Counted from the whole stretch's first letter, positions 9,446 through 20,022 are shown. The stretch is DNA of 62,682 nucleotides, filler included, from Gemmatimonadota bacterium (GCA_003697105.1; 5 parts of 5 records of this genome joined end to end with filler, not necessarily neighbours in it), one strand, 5' to 3'. Numbers and translations: made by a program. Notes: a model not told the origin generated them from the sequence alone.

Positions 9446-12148
9446 GTGAAAAACATCCACCTGTTAGTGCTTATGTCTCTTTGTCTCACCGGAGGATTTC
9501 CGGCAGTTCACGCCAGCGATTTTGCCAAGGTGAGCAAAGCGCGGTTGGATAACGGGCTTCAGATTATTTTCATCGAAAATCACGCCAATCCGGTAGTGAT
9601 GTCGGGAGCCGTGCTGAATGCCGGAAGTCGCTTTGAAGATGGTGCGTTCAGCGGAGCATCCCACATGCTGGAGCATTTGCTATTTAACGGCACCACCCAC
9701 CGCACTCAAAAAGAACTTTACGACGAAACCGACCGCTACGGCATCTATAACAACGCCACTACCATGCAATCCTGTGTGTTTTACATGATGCTCGGTCCGG
9801 CGGAATACGCAGATAAAATCCTTGAAATTCAGTCGGATATGCTGTACAACTCCACGCTACCAGAGGAAAAATTTGAAAAAGAACGCGGGATTGTTCTGGA
9901 AGAACTTAATAAAGATATGGACCGCAAGGAGTACATTGCCGAGCAGCTCTTCCGCCAACATGCCTACCCCATGACACCCTACGCCCTGCCGGTACTGGGA
10001 ACGGTGGAAACCATCACCAACATGTCACGAGATAAGGTCTGGGATTACTACCAAGCGCATTATGTGCCGGGCAATACCACGCTCTTTTTAATGGGGGATT
10101 TTGAGACCGAAACCATGCTGGAAAAGGTCAAAGCCTCATACTACGGCACCACAAAAAGCCCAACAACGGTCCCGCATATTACGGTCAAATTACCGGACAT
10201 TACCGGTCAGGGCAGAAACCTTAAATATTATCGAACCGAAACCAATCAAGCGTACTTGGATTTAGCCTTTAATGCCCCTAAAATCACCGATCCCGATTGG
10301 GCAGCATTTCAAGTTCTCTCGGAAATTATTTCTACCCGCCTCCGTAACCAATTGCAAGGTCATCATTTCCTAACCATCGGGGCAAGCTACGAGACCAATG
10401 CCGATTTTGGACGGCTGCGAGTCTCCGCAACGGCAAAAGATGAGCCGGCACTGGATCGCGGTATTACTGAGATCATTACCGTCCTAAATGATATTGGGAC
10501 ATTTGGCATTCAGGAAAAAGAGCTTCAAAATGTGATTATCCGAACCCAAACCGACGAACTGTTCGTCGCAGAACGGCTTCATTACTATGTGATGATGAAA
10601 GCCGCCCAAATTGCCACGGGCGGCTGGGATTTCGTGCTAAATTACAGTGACCGGATTGCCAACGTGACCACTGGTCAGGTCAATATGGTCGCCCAAAAGT
10701 ATTTCTCCCGGATGAATTACACCGGGACGGTATTGGCAAATGGAACCCCCAATTTTGATCTCGCCCAGCTATCCCCCCTCCAATTGTTACCGGAAGGCAA
10801 AATAGACCCCCGGACCCGCACCGAATTGGAGCTAAACCTTACCCCCGAACCGTTGACCCTCATCTCACAATCGGAAAGCATCGCCGGCAGCGACCAACAG
10901 TCCATTGTGATCCGCAAAGTGTTGGCGAATGGCTTGACGGTGATCGTCGATCAAAACCCAGATTCGCGCGTCTTTGCCGTACACCTTATGGCAAAACATC
11001 GCAGTCTGCGCGAACCAGAAGGCAAAGCCGGTATCGCCGATATTTTGCACCGAATGCTGTTATTGGGGACGGCAAATAAAAGTCGGGAAGAATTGGATCA
11101 AGCGCTTAGTGGTATTGGTGCCGAAGTGCTGGTCACGGATAGGGACTTTATCCCCTTTGATGACTATTATACTACGCCGGAATTTTCGTTTGTCCGCTTT
11201 AAAACGATTGATGATTTCTACGAAACCGGCTTAGATATATTCACCGAGATGATCATCCACCCAGCACTAACCCCAGAAAATTTTGAACAGGCAAAAGAAC
11301 AGCTCCTCGGTGTACTCGGTCGCAAGCAAGAGAGTGTGAAAGAAACGGCGCGTCGTCTCTTTGCTCAGGCACTCTATGGTGACCATCCGCTCGCCCAATC
11401 CCCGTTCGGCACAATAGAAACGGTCAATTCGATCACCTTTGAGGATATGCAAGCCTTCTATCCCATGTATTTTGCCGCAAATAACCTCGTGTTAAGTATT
11501 GTCACCAACCTGCCGGCAGAATCCATAATGGCTACCGTAGAGAGCCGGTTTGGCGAGTTGCCACCAACAGAGTACCCCCTTGAAGATATGCCACCCCTTC
11601 CCGTTACCCAAGAGAGCAAAACGGTTGAAAACAATCAGGAAACCGGACGGGCACAAATCTACATCGGTACGATTTTCCCCATAGAGCCAGCCGATGAAGC
11701 CGCATTGGATGTGGCAACCTCCATTTTATCCGACCGGATGATGTTCGATCTGCGAGAGACGCGGGGGTGGGCATATAGTATCGGTGCATCTTTCAGTAAA
11801 AAGGGTGCATTCGGCAAAGTGACGTTGGGGATGGGCACCAATTCCGGCGTGGTGAATGATGCCGTTGCCGGTATGCAAGAGCAAATCCGGCAGATGGCAG
11901 CCCTCACTGAAATTGACAGTCTGGAAGTCGAGAAAACCATCAATTCCATGATCTACCGACAAGCAATGCGCACGATGGCACGGGAAGGACAGGCATATCG
12001 TTACGCCATGCGCGAATTGGAGGGTCTGCCGGTGGAAAGTGACACGTCCTATACCCAACAACTCCGGACGGTGCAACCGGCAGATGTCGTGCGAGTCGCA
12101 CAACACTATTTGAACACCGATAAATGGGTCACCGTCATCGCGCAGTGA
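9446..12148 (+). CDS. Secreted M16 (pitrilysin/insulinase) zinc peptidase, fused two-half type
   Basis: Signal peptide; inverted zincin HMLEH, EKERGIVLEE; second half has a degenerate DILHR motif and DLRETRGWAY. Confidence 0.92.
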   Translation: MKNIHLLVLMSLCLTGGFPAVHASDFAKVSKARLDNGLQIIFIENHANPVVMSGAVLNAGSRFEDGAFSGASHMLEHLLFNGTTHRTQKELYDETDRYGIYNNATTMQSCVFYMMLGPAEYADKILEIQSDMLYNSTLPEEKFEKERGIVLEELNKDMDRKEYIAEQLFRQHAYPMTPYALPVLGTVETITNMSRDKVWDYYQAHYVPGNTTLFLMGDFETETMLEKVKASYYGTTKSPTTVPHITVKLPDITGQGRNLKYYRTETNQAYLDLAFNAPKITDPDWAAFQVLSEIISTRLRNQLQGHHFLTIGASYETNADFGRLRVSATAKDEPALDRGITEIITVLNDIGTFGIQEKELQNVIIRTQTDELFVAERLHYYVMMKAAQIATGGWDFVLNYSDRIANVTTGQVNMVAQKYFSRMNYTGTVLANGTPNFDLAQLSPLQLLPEGKIDPRTRTELELNLTPEPLTLISQSESIAGSDQQSIVIRKVLANGLTVIVDQNPDSRVFAVHLMAKHRSLREPEGKAGIADILHRMLLLGTANKSREELDQALSGIGAEVLVTDRDFIPFDDYYTTPEFSFVRFKTIDDFYETGLDIFTEMIIHPALTPENFEQAKEQLLGVLGRKQESVKETARRLFAQALYGDHPLAQSPFGTIETVNSITFEDMQAFYPMYFAANNLVLSIVTNLPAESIMATVESRFGELPPTEYPLEDMPPLPVTQESKTVENNQETGRAQIYIGTIFPIEPADEAALDVATSILSDRMMFDLRETRGWAYSIGASFSKKGAFGKVTLGMGTNSGVVNDAVAGMQEQIRQMAALTEIDSLEVEKTINSMIYRQAMRTMAREGQAYRYAMRELEGLPVESDTSYTQQLRTVQPADVVRVAQHYLNTDKWVTVIAQ

Positions 12149-12317
12149 CCTATCCCCCAACGGAAACGTTTAACAGGTGGGTCAGCCCTGAAGAATACTA
12201 TTATTAAAGGCAAAGATCAACAATACCTTCGCCAAAAGTGACCTTTTAGGCTGTATGAATAGCGCCAATTCCGGCGAGATGGTTTTTGATTTGTTGAATT
12301 AAAATTGGGTGAGCCAA

Positions 12318-12417
12318 NNNNNNNNNNNNNNNNNNNNNNNNNNNNNNNNNNNNNNNNNNNNTTAATTAATTAANNNNNNNNNNNNNNNNNNNNNNNNNNN
12401 NNNNNNNNNNNNNNNNN
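12318..12417. other. Artificial contig/scaffold linker
   Basis: 44 N + TTAATTAATTAA (stops in all six frames) + 44 N; identical at four sites. Confidence 0.97.
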
Positions 12418-13365
12418 CGGTACATCCGGGCAACCCTGCTCATCCGCCACATAGCGCACGTTTTCATGATCCACCGATACAAACGGAATACCCCGTTTTT
12501 TGATGGGCACCTCATCGGTGTACCCAATGGAGATCACTTTGATGGGTTGGTTGGTGGTACGGGCTAATTCCTGCAACCAGATTGACACATTTTTTATTGC
12601 ATTTTGGATCGGAATATTCTCATTTTCCACGCGATAATGTCCGAGCTCAAAGCTTTCCATTTGGAATTCCCCGCTTATTTCCTTGGGTGGTGTTGGCAGG
12701 GAGGTTTCAGGTTCCGGATGGGATGGTGGTTGGGTTTCTGATTTAGTCTGTGCCGATCCAGATGGTGGAGGTACCGGTACCGGCACCGGTTCTGCCGGAG
12801 GGTGCTCTTCCGTAGCGGCTGGGGGTGCTTCTGGTTCTGCCAGAGGGTGCTCTTCCGTAGCGGCTGGGGGTTCTTCCGGCGTCGGTTCTACCGGGGGTGT
12901 TTCCTCTGTAACGGCAGGAGGTTCTTCCGGCGTCGGTTCTGCCGGCGGTGTTTCCTCTGTAACGGCTGGGGGTTCTTCTGGAGCAAGTTCTGCCGATTTA
13001 GATTTTGCCGGCGGTTCGCCCCCCAACTCTGCCATTCGTTCGGAAATAAACGTAATAATTTGGGGATCGGTGGCAATATCAACAGCGAGCCGCCCTTGGT
13101 TATCTTTCAAAAAGGGGTCGGCATTTTTTTGTAACAGCAGACGAACACCATCGACCCGGTTCAGTTTGGCGGCATACATCAAGGCGGTTGTGCCGTTCTC
13201 ATCCGGCTCATTCACATCTGAACCGCGGTTAATGGCGATGATTATCATTACTAAGCTGTTGTCTTCAATCGCCTTAAATAGGTCTTCCCGCGTTTGCGAA
13301 AATCCTCCTAAAGGAATACCAACGACTAAACTGAAGATAACGAAGATATGTATCAAGCGCTTCAT
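12418..13365 (-). CDS. Secreted ankyrin-repeat protein with Pro/Glu repeat linker and probable OmpA-like C-terminal domain, truncated by the gap
   Basis: Signal peptide; GTTALMYAA...LLLQKNADP ankyrin; repeats; then FELG...IKVISIGYTD, resembling the OmpA_C GxTD motif. Confidence 0.7.
12788..12981. repeat. Four in-frame tandem repeats (45-51 bp) encoding EEPPA(V/A)TEE(T/H)PPAEPTP-like units
   Basis: Repeated GGTTCT(G/A)CC...GG(G/A)GGTTCTTC-type units seen directly in the DNA and in the protein. Confidence 0.9.
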
Positions 13366-13452
13366 AAACAGGCATCCTGTTGATAGTTTTAAGATGGCAA
13401 TGATTTATGACGGTAAGGATACACCAGATCGAGGTGGAAATCAACTTTATTT

Positions 13453-13929
13453 TTATTTTCCGCTCCGTAAGGTCGCATTGAGACGCTGGGGATGAAGCAA
13501 TATATCCAATCCGGCGTCGATACGGGTCACGACCAGATCACTTGCCACCAGGGTTGCCGTAGCGGCACCTTCTTCTTGAATCGTGGCGATGCCCAAGGCG
13601 GCACGTTCCAGCATCAGGGAGTCATTCTGGCCATTACCGATTGCCACGACCCGATTAGCTCCCAATTGTTGGACGTAATCCCCTTTTGCTTGGGTTTGAT
13701 CTGCTTGGGTGAGGATCACCACTTGGCACGGTAAGCCAGCTAACGCGCGTTCCACCGTCCCAAACGTATCCGCTGTGATTACGTGGATTTTGAGATAATC
13801 CGCGAGTTGGCGCAACCGATCCGCTACCCCGTCAATTAAGTGTCCATCGATTGCCAATGTACCGTTATAATCCAGCACCAGATTTTCAAATTGGTAGGTT
13901 TGACCTCCTGAAATCTGAATTTGAAGCAT
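13453..13929 (-). CDS. HAD-family hydrolase, soluble P-type ATPase-like (COG4087)
   Basis: LDYNGTLA, ITADTFG, AIGNGQND motifs; AGGAGG RBS. Confidence 0.88.
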   Translation of the reverse strand: MLQIQISGGQTYQFENLVLDYNGTLAIDGHLIDGVADRLRQLADYLKIHVITADTFGTVERALAGLPCQVVILTQADQTQAKGDYVQQLGANRVVAIGNGQNDSLMLERAALGIATIQEEGAATATLVASDLVVTRIDAGLDILLHPQRLNATLRSGK

Positions 13930-14098
13930 TTTTCCTCCTGCGTCCGATTGAAATTTCGGATAAAATGATATATTCCCCTTGAAAAATCAAGCCAAACCAT
14001 GTAGCTTGCGGCTATATTATCCGTCATTTTTGATCTCGTGATGGGGGTATTGTTACCATCTCTCACATTTTATCATTTTTCAGAAAGGAGTTGTTCTT

Positions 14099-15619
14099 AT
14101 GAGTTATGATTTTCTTCAAAAATTGGGTATTAACGACATTAATTCTGGGGCGTATTGCGGTGAGTGGTTAGAGACATCCGGTACTGTATTGGAGGTTAAG
14201 ACTCCAATTGACGGGTCGGTCATTGGGAAGGTGAAGCAAGCCTCCGCTGAAGATTACGAAAAGGTCATTCAAAAAGCGGGTGATGCGTTTAAGGTCTGGC
14301 GTACGATTCCAGCGCCGAAGCGAGGGGAAGTCGTCCGGCAGATTGGGCACGCCTTACGGGAGTACAAGGAAGACCTCGGGGCGTTGGTGACCTTAGAGAT
14401 GGGCAAAATTAAAGCCGAAGGGTTGGGCGAAGTGCAAGAGATGATCGATATGGCTGATTTTGCGGTTGGGCAATCCCGCATGTTGTATGGTTTGACCATG
14501 AAAAGCGAACGGTCTCAGCACTTTATGATGGAACAGTGGCACCCGTTGGGGATTGTGGGTGTGATTTCGGCGTTCAACTTTCCGGTGGCGGTTTGGTCCT
14601 GGAATACCTTTTTAGCACTGGTTTGCGGGGACTCTACGGTCTGGAAACCGGCGTCCAAAACCCCGTTGACGGCTATCGCCTGTATGAACATTATCCATGA
14701 TGTTCTCAAGCGCAACGATTGCCCGGATGGAATCTGTTCGCTGGTTATTGGTAGTGGGCGCGAAGTTGGCGAATTGATGGTCAATGACCCGCGAGTACCG
14801 CTGATTAGCGCCACCGGTAGCACACCGATGGGACAGAAGTTGGCGGCGAAAGTCTCGGCGCGGTTGGGTCGAACCATCCTCGAATTGGGTGGTAATAATG
14901 CCATCATTGTCACTCCGGCGGCGGATATGGAGATGGCGGTGCGTGCGATCCTGTTTGGTGCGGTCGGTACGGCGGGGCAGCGGTGTACTTCCACTCGCCG
15001 GATCATCGTTCATGAATCCATCGAACAAGAACTGGTGGATAAACTGGTGGCGGCGTATAAGCAAGTGACGATTGGCAATCCACTGGAAGAGGGCACACTC
15101 ATGGGTCCGTTGGTGGCAGATTATGCCGTGGATGACATGATGGCGGCAATTGAGCGCATCAAAGCGGAAGGTGGCGAAATTGTGTACGGGGGAGAAAAGC
15201 TGGATCACCCTGGAGGTTGCTATGTCACACCCTGTATTGCGCGGGCAAAGAACGAGTTTGAGATCGTGCAGGAGGAGACCTTTGCGCCAATCCTGTACAT
15301 CATCAAATATAGTGATTTTGATGAAGCCTTAGCGTTACACAACGGCGTTCCGCAGGGCTTATCATCCGCGATTTTCACCAACGATGTCCGGGAGGCGCAC
15401 AAGTTCCTGAGTGAGGTCGGGAGCGACTGCGGAATTGCGAACGTCAACATTGGGACGTCCGGTGCGGAAATCGGCGGGGCGTTTGGTGGCGAGAAAGATA
15501 CCGGTGGTGGTCGTGAATCCGGCTCGGATGCGTGGAAAGCGTACATGCGTCGCCAGACGAACACCCTCAACTGGGGTACGGAGTTGCCGCTGGCACAGGG
15601 CATCAAGTTTGGTGAATAA
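14099..15619 (+). CDS. Aldehyde dehydrogenase family 7 (antiquitin / piperideine-6-carboxylate dehydrogenase-like)
   Basis: ISAFNFPVAV, LELGGNN, GTAGQRCTS (catalytic Cys), GAEIGGAFGGEK and C-terminal LPLAQGIKF. Confidence 0.93.
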   Translation: MSYDFLQKLGINDINSGAYCGEWLETSGTVLEVKTPIDGSVIGKVKQASAEDYEKVIQKAGDAFKVWRTIPAPKRGEVVRQIGHALREYKEDLGALVTLEMGKIKAEGLGEVQEMIDMADFAVGQSRMLYGLTMKSERSQHFMMEQWHPLGIVGVISAFNFPVAVWSWNTFLALVCGDSTVWKPASKTPLTAIACMNIIHDVLKRNDCPDGICSLVIGSGREVGELMVNDPRVPLISATGSTPMGQKLAAKVSARLGRTILELGGNNAIIVTPAADMEMAVRAILFGAVGTAGQRCTSTRRIIVHESIEQELVDKLVAAYKQVTIGNPLEEGTLMGPLVADYAVDDMMAAIERIKAEGGEIVYGGEKLDHPGGCYVTPCIARAKNEFEIVQEETFAPILYIIKYSDFDEALALHNGVPQGLSSAIFTNDVREAHKFLSEVGSDCGIANVNIGTSGAEIGGAFGGEKDTGGGRESGSDAWKAYMRRQTNTLNWGTELPLAQGIKFGE

Positions 15620-15629
15620 TGTTCTGATC

Positions 15630-15671
15630 CTAGCAGATTTCACCCCCTCCCCATCCGGTGGAATCTGCTAG
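15630..15671 (+). terminator. Stem-loop after the ALDH gene (possible terminator or processing site)
   Basis: CTAGCAGATTTCACC / GGTGGAATCTGCTAG 15-bp inverted repeat with one G-U pair. A second weaker hairpin followed by a T-run lies at ~15681-15721. Confidence 0.55.
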
Positions 15672-15737
15672 ACCCCAACTGGAACCACATCGACACCGCG
15701 TGTTGCTGTGGTTTTCCTTTTATGAGTCGATAGCACT

Positions 15738-17615
15738 ATGATGAATCGTCGGTTTGCGTGGATAGATGACTTTCGCCACGCTGTATTATTTTGGTTTCTC
15801 CGCTTACGGCAACGGCAAGGTTTTTCAACAATTTACGGCTTAGCGGTCTTAGTGGGTTTAGGTGCTGGGATCGGGTCGGTTCTGTTTTACAAGGCGATCA
15901 TGACCTTCACCCATTTTTTTTTCGGGACCGTTGCCGGTTGGCTGGTGGGGATTGACCATTTTTATGAGCGATTTCTCCATGCGAATGGTCATGGGTTGCT
16001 GCTGATCGGGTACATGCCATCTCCCCGTTTGGTGCTACTGGTTTTGATTCCGATGATTGGCGCGGTAGCCGTCTCCGCGTTTATCCGGCGTTTTGCCCCC
16101 GAAGCAGAGGGTCACGGCGTCCCCGAAGTGATGGAAGCTGTGGCAAAAAAAGATGGTGTGATTCCGCCGCATGTGGCGATTGTAAAGATTTTAGCGTCTG
16201 CCTTATGTATTTCAACCGGAGGTTCTGTCGGGCGGGAAGGACCCAGTGTGCAGATCGGGGCGGCGATTGGCTCCTCAATTGGACAATTTTTCCGCATGTC
16301 TGCCGACCGGGTACGGGTGCTGGTGGGGTGCGGTGCCGCCGCCGGTATTGCGGCATCGTTTAACGCCCCGATTGCCGGCGCCCTTTTTGCCTCCGAAATT
16401 ATTCTCACCGATTTTGCCGTAGCGACTTTCAGCCCGCTCATCATCTCTTCCGTAACGGCGGTAGCGGTTGCTCGCACCTTTTTAGGGGATGAAACGGCGT
16501 TCCACGTGCCGACCTACGAATTTACCCATTTCATGGAATTACCGTTGTATGCGCTCTTGGGTATCATTGCCGGGGTGATTTCCATTTACTTTATCCACAC
16601 GTTGTACCGGGTGGAAGATAGTTTAGGAGAACTCAAGATTCACCCGCTGATGCGTGCCGCTCTCGGCGGTACCTTTGTCGGTGTGATGGGCTTGTATTTT
16701 CCGCAGTTGTTTGGGATTGGTTATGAACTGATTACCAATGCCTTAGCCGGAAAAATGACGGTTTTAATCTTGTTTTTTCTGATCTTCATCAAACCGCTGG
16801 CGACCGGTTCGACCCTCGGGGGTGGGGGTTCCGGAGGTGTTTTTGCCCCAACGCTTTTCATGGGTGCGGTTTTAGGGGATTTTTTCGGGCAAAGTGCCCA
16901 CAGCCTTTTTCCGGCATTACAATCATCACCCGGCGCGTTTGCGCTGGTGGGGATGGCGGCGCTAGTCTCTGGGGTGATCCGTGCCCCCTTGACGGGCATT
17001 TTGATCATCTTCGAGATTACCGGTAGCTATGAAATCATTTTGCCGGTAATGCTGGCGGCGGTCACCAGTGCGCTGGTCGCCCACCGCTTAGAACCGGATA
17101 CGATCTACACCATTAAGCTCAAACGGCGTGGTATCCATATCGGACAAGAAGGAGATGTGGCGGTACTGCAACAAATTCGTGTGAGCGAGGTGATGGATAT
17201 CGAATTGGAACCGATTAAAGTCGGTACACCCGCCCATCAGGCAATTGACCTTATCAAGCAGAGCAAACATGATTTATTTCCGGTGGTCACGGACGATCAT
17301 TCCTTGATCGGAACGATTTCGTTTCAGGAATTGCGTCCCGTGCTGGCAGAACCGGAAGTCTTGCTTAATATTTTAATTGTTGATGACTTTGTAAACCGGG
17401 ATTTTTTAACGGTCAACCCAGAGTCCACCTTGTTGGAGGCACTCCATGCGTTTAGTGTGAGGGATGTGAGTGCGTTGCCGGTGGTGGATCGGCAAAATCC
17501 CCAACGATTAGTTGGTATTTTACGCCGTCCCGATGTGCTGCAGCGGTATCGCCGGGAGGTGTTGTTTTCGCGATCCGCGGATTCGTTTTCCGCCGAAACT
17601 CCTGAGGTATCTTAA
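15738..17615 (+). CDS. CLC chloride channel/transporter with CBS pair (paralog 1)
   Basis: GHGVPE, GREGP, FNAPIAG, GVFAP and IYT motifs; C-terminal CBS domains. Confidence 0.94.
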   Translation: MMNRRFAWIDDFRHAVLFWFLRLRQRQGFSTIYGLAVLVGLGAGIGSVLFYKAIMTFTHFFFGTVAGWLVGIDHFYERFLHANGHGLLLIGYMPSPRLVLLVLIPMIGAVAVSAFIRRFAPEAEGHGVPEVMEAVAKKDGVIPPHVAIVKILASALCISTGGSVGREGPSVQIGAAIGSSIGQFFRMSADRVRVLVGCGAAAGIAASFNAPIAGALFASEIILTDFAVATFSPLIISSVTAVAVARTFLGDETAFHVPTYEFTHFMELPLYALLGIIAGVISIYFIHTLYRVEDSLGELKIHPLMRAALGGTFVGVMGLYFPQLFGIGYELITNALAGKMTVLILFFLIFIKPLATGSTLGGGGSGGVFAPTLFMGAVLGDFFGQSAHSLFPALQSSPGAFALVGMAALVSGVIRAPLTGILIIFEITGSYEIILPVMLAAVTSALVAHRLEPDTIYTIKLKRRGIHIGQEGDVAVLQQIRVSEVMDIELEPIKVGTPAHQAIDLIKQSKHDLFPVVTDDHSLIGTISFQELRPVLAEPEVLLNILIVDDFVNRDFLTVNPESTLLEALHAFSVRDVSALPVVDRQNPQRLVGILRRPDVLQRYRREVLFSRSADSFSAETPEVS

Positions 17616-19496
17616 ATGGAAGCCGTCTTGACTCGGACAGAGCAATTGCGGCGTTCGATTATCTTTTTATTTTTGCGGTTACGCCGCCGGCATGGTTTCT
17701 CCTTAATTTATGCTTTGGCGATTTTAGTGGGTTACTTTGGCGGATTGGGATCGGTGTTGTTGCACAGAGCGATCCTCTGGGGCGATCATTTCTTTTTTGG
17801 GGTGCTGGGGCAACTGTTGGTCGGGGTAAACCACTTTCGGATGATGTTTTTGCAGGCGAGTGAAGAAGGACATTTGCTAATCCATGTTTTACCGCATTAT
17901 CGCTTGTTTTTCCTGATTCTGATTCCCGCCGGTGGGATTATGGTCACGGCGCTTCTCATCCGGCGGTTTGCTCCGGAAGCCGCGGGGCACGGTGTCCCCG
18001 AGGTTATGGTAGCAGTTGCCCGCAACGGCGGGGTGATTCCGCCGCATGTGGCGTTGGTTAAAACTATTGGTTCGGCATTGACGATCTCGACCGGCGGATC
18101 GGTGGGGCACGAGGGACCCAGTGTGCAGATCGGCGGGGCAATTGGCTCGGCTGTGGGGCAATTCTTTCGGATGTCTTCTAACGGCATGCGCGTTTTAGTG
18201 GGCTGTGGTGCGGCGGCGGGCATTTCGGCCTCATTTAATGCCCCCATCGCCGGCGCGCTCTTTGCCGCTGAGATTATTTTAGGCGATTTTGCGGTCTCCA
18301 CATTCAGCCCGGTTATCGTGGCTTCGGTTATTGCCGCTGCGACCTCCCGTGCCTATTTCGGCAATTCACCCGCGTTTGAAATTGCCGGAATGTACACGTT
18401 AAATCACCCAGTAGAACTTCCGTTGTATATTGCGCTTGGCATTGTTGCCGGCTTTGCTTCGCTTTATTTCATCCGGGTGTTCTACTGGGTGGAAGACCGT
18501 TTTGAAGCATTGAAATTTCACTATCTACTCAAAGCCGCACTTGGTGGGAGTCTTGTCGGGTTGTGTGGGTTGGTATTCCCGCAGTTATTTGGCATTGGTT
18601 ACGAACCGATTACCAGTGCTTTAGCGGGGCGATTGACTCCACTGGTGTTGCTGATCTTGATCTTGCTCAAACCGATTATCAGTGCCGCCACCTTGGGTGG
18701 TGGCGGATCCGGGGGTGTTTTTGCGCCGGCATTGTTTATGGGGGCGTTGCTGGGTGACCTGTTTGGGCAGATCGCTCATGGCATTTTCCCGATGCTCCAA
18801 GCGGCACCGGGGGCATTTGCACTGGTAGGTATGGCGGCGCTGGTTGCCGGTACCATGCGCGCCTCTCTGACGGCTATTTTAATGATCTTTGAAATCACCG
18901 GCAGCTATGAGATCATCTTACCCTTAATGCTGGTCACGGTCACCACGGCAATGGTTACCCACCAGTTTGAACCGTACACTATTTACACCTTAAAGCTGGC
19001 AAAACGCGGCATCCATATTGGACAAGAAGGCGATGTGGACATTTTAGGCAGATTGAAAGTCGCTGAAGAGATGATTACCGATATTGAACCGGTTGAGGTG
19101 GAAACACCGGTTGACCAGATATTGGCGCGGGTCAAAACGAGCAAATTTGATCTCTTTCCGGTGGTGAATGCGAGTCATGAGCTTGTTGGCACCATTTCCT
19201 TTCAGGATTTACGTCCCATTTTGGCGGAACCCGGCTCACTGACACGCATGTTAATTGCGGATGATGTGATGAATCGGGATGTGTTGACCGTGACGCCGGA
19301 TGCCTCCTTATTGGATGCGTTGCATTGTTTCGGGGTACGGGATGTGAACGCCTTGGCGGTGGTGGATGGCTCCCCTCAAAATCGCTTGATCGGGATTCTG
19401 CGCCGTCCAGACGTGCTGCAACGCTATCGCCGCGAGGTACTCTTTGCGGGGGAAAACACCGATCAACTGTTGCCGGATGGGGGTAAAAATGTCTGA
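17616..19496 (+). CDS. CLC chloride channel/transporter with CBS pair (paralog 2)
   Basis: GHGVPE, GHEGP (variant), FNAPIAG, GVFAP and IYT motifs; CBS domains; starts immediately after the paralog 1 stop. Confidence 0.94.
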   Translation: MEAVLTRTEQLRRSIIFLFLRLRRRHGFSLIYALAILVGYFGGLGSVLLHRAILWGDHFFFGVLGQLLVGVNHFRMMFLQASEEGHLLIHVLPHYRLFFLILIPAGGIMVTALLIRRFAPEAAGHGVPEVMVAVARNGGVIPPHVALVKTIGSALTISTGGSVGHEGPSVQIGGAIGSAVGQFFRMSSNGMRVLVGCGAAAGISASFNAPIAGALFAAEIILGDFAVSTFSPVIVASVIAAATSRAYFGNSPAFEIAGMYTLNHPVELPLYIALGIVAGFASLYFIRVFYWVEDRFEALKFHYLLKAALGGSLVGLCGLVFPQLFGIGYEPITSALAGRLTPLVLLILILLKPIISAATLGGGGSGGVFAPALFMGALLGDLFGQIAHGIFPMLQAAPGAFALVGMAALVAGTMRASLTAILMIFEITGSYEIILPLMLVTVTTAMVTHQFEPYTIYTLKLAKRGIHIGQEGDVDILGRLKVAEEMITDIEPVEVETPVDQILARVKTSKFDLFPVVNASHELVGTISFQDLRPILAEPGSLTRMLIADDVMNRDVLTVTPDASLLDALHCFGVRDVNALAVVDGSPQNRLIGILRRPDVLQRYRREVLFAGENTDQLLPDGGKNV

Positions 19497-20017
19497 ACAA
19501 AATCACTCAACGTATTAAATTCATAATCCGGTGGTGCCGGGAATGTTGCAATTGGACGATCCGCATGGACACCGGTGCGGACAAACACGGTCTGGCAACC
19601 GGCGTTTTTTCCCGCTTCAATATCCCGCATGTTATCCCCAACAAAAACGCATTTCCGTAAATCCAGATTGAAATCATGGGCGGCTTGGATTAACATCCCC
19701 GGGCGGGGTTTGCGGCAGTTACAGCCTTCACTGGGATGGTGCGGGCAGTAATAGACCGCCGTAATGTACCCGCCGGCTTGCTCGACCTGATGAGCCATCC
19801 GGCGGTGAATTTCTTGCACGGTGGTTTCGGTCACAATTCCGCGCCCAATTGCCGATTGATTGGTAATGACGATCACCGGAATTTCGTGATCATGAAGTAT
19901 TTTGAGTGCGGTGAGAACATCCGGTAAAAATTGAAATTCAGCCCATGATTTGACATAATCATCGCGGTTTACGTTTATTACGCCGTCGCGGTCGAGGAAG
20001 ATGATGGTGGGTTTCAT
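19463..20017 (-). CDS. gmhB: D-glycero-D-manno-heptose 1,7-bisphosphate 7-phosphatase
   Basis: FLDRDGVIN, ITNQS, YCPHHPSEGCNCRKP Zn motif, VGD..RD. Confidence 0.9.
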   Translation of the reverse strand: MKPTIIFLDRDGVINVNRDDYVKSWAEFQFLPDVLTALKILHDHEIPVIVITNQSAIGRGIVTETTVQEIHRRMAHQVEQAGGYITAVYYCPHHPSEGCNCRKPRPGMLIQAAHDFNLDLRKCVFVGDNMRDIEAGKNAGCQTVFVRTGVHADRPIATFPAPPDYEFNTLSDFVQTFLPPSGNS

Positions 20018-20022
20018 GGGTT

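Noticed and set aside
9446-12148. Loss of HxxEH in the second half of the M16 peptidase as pseudogenisation
   Set aside because: An inactive second half is normal for fused M16 enzymes.
12683-13495. Long antisense ORFs (this 270-aa Gly/Ser-rich one, 45131-45895, 14612-15208, 61098-61604 and similar)
   Set aside because: They are shadows of well-supported genes on the opposite strand and have no motifs of their own.
19463-19496. 34-nt convergent overlap of CLC2 and gmhB
   Set aside because: Short 3' overlaps of non-conserved tails are common.
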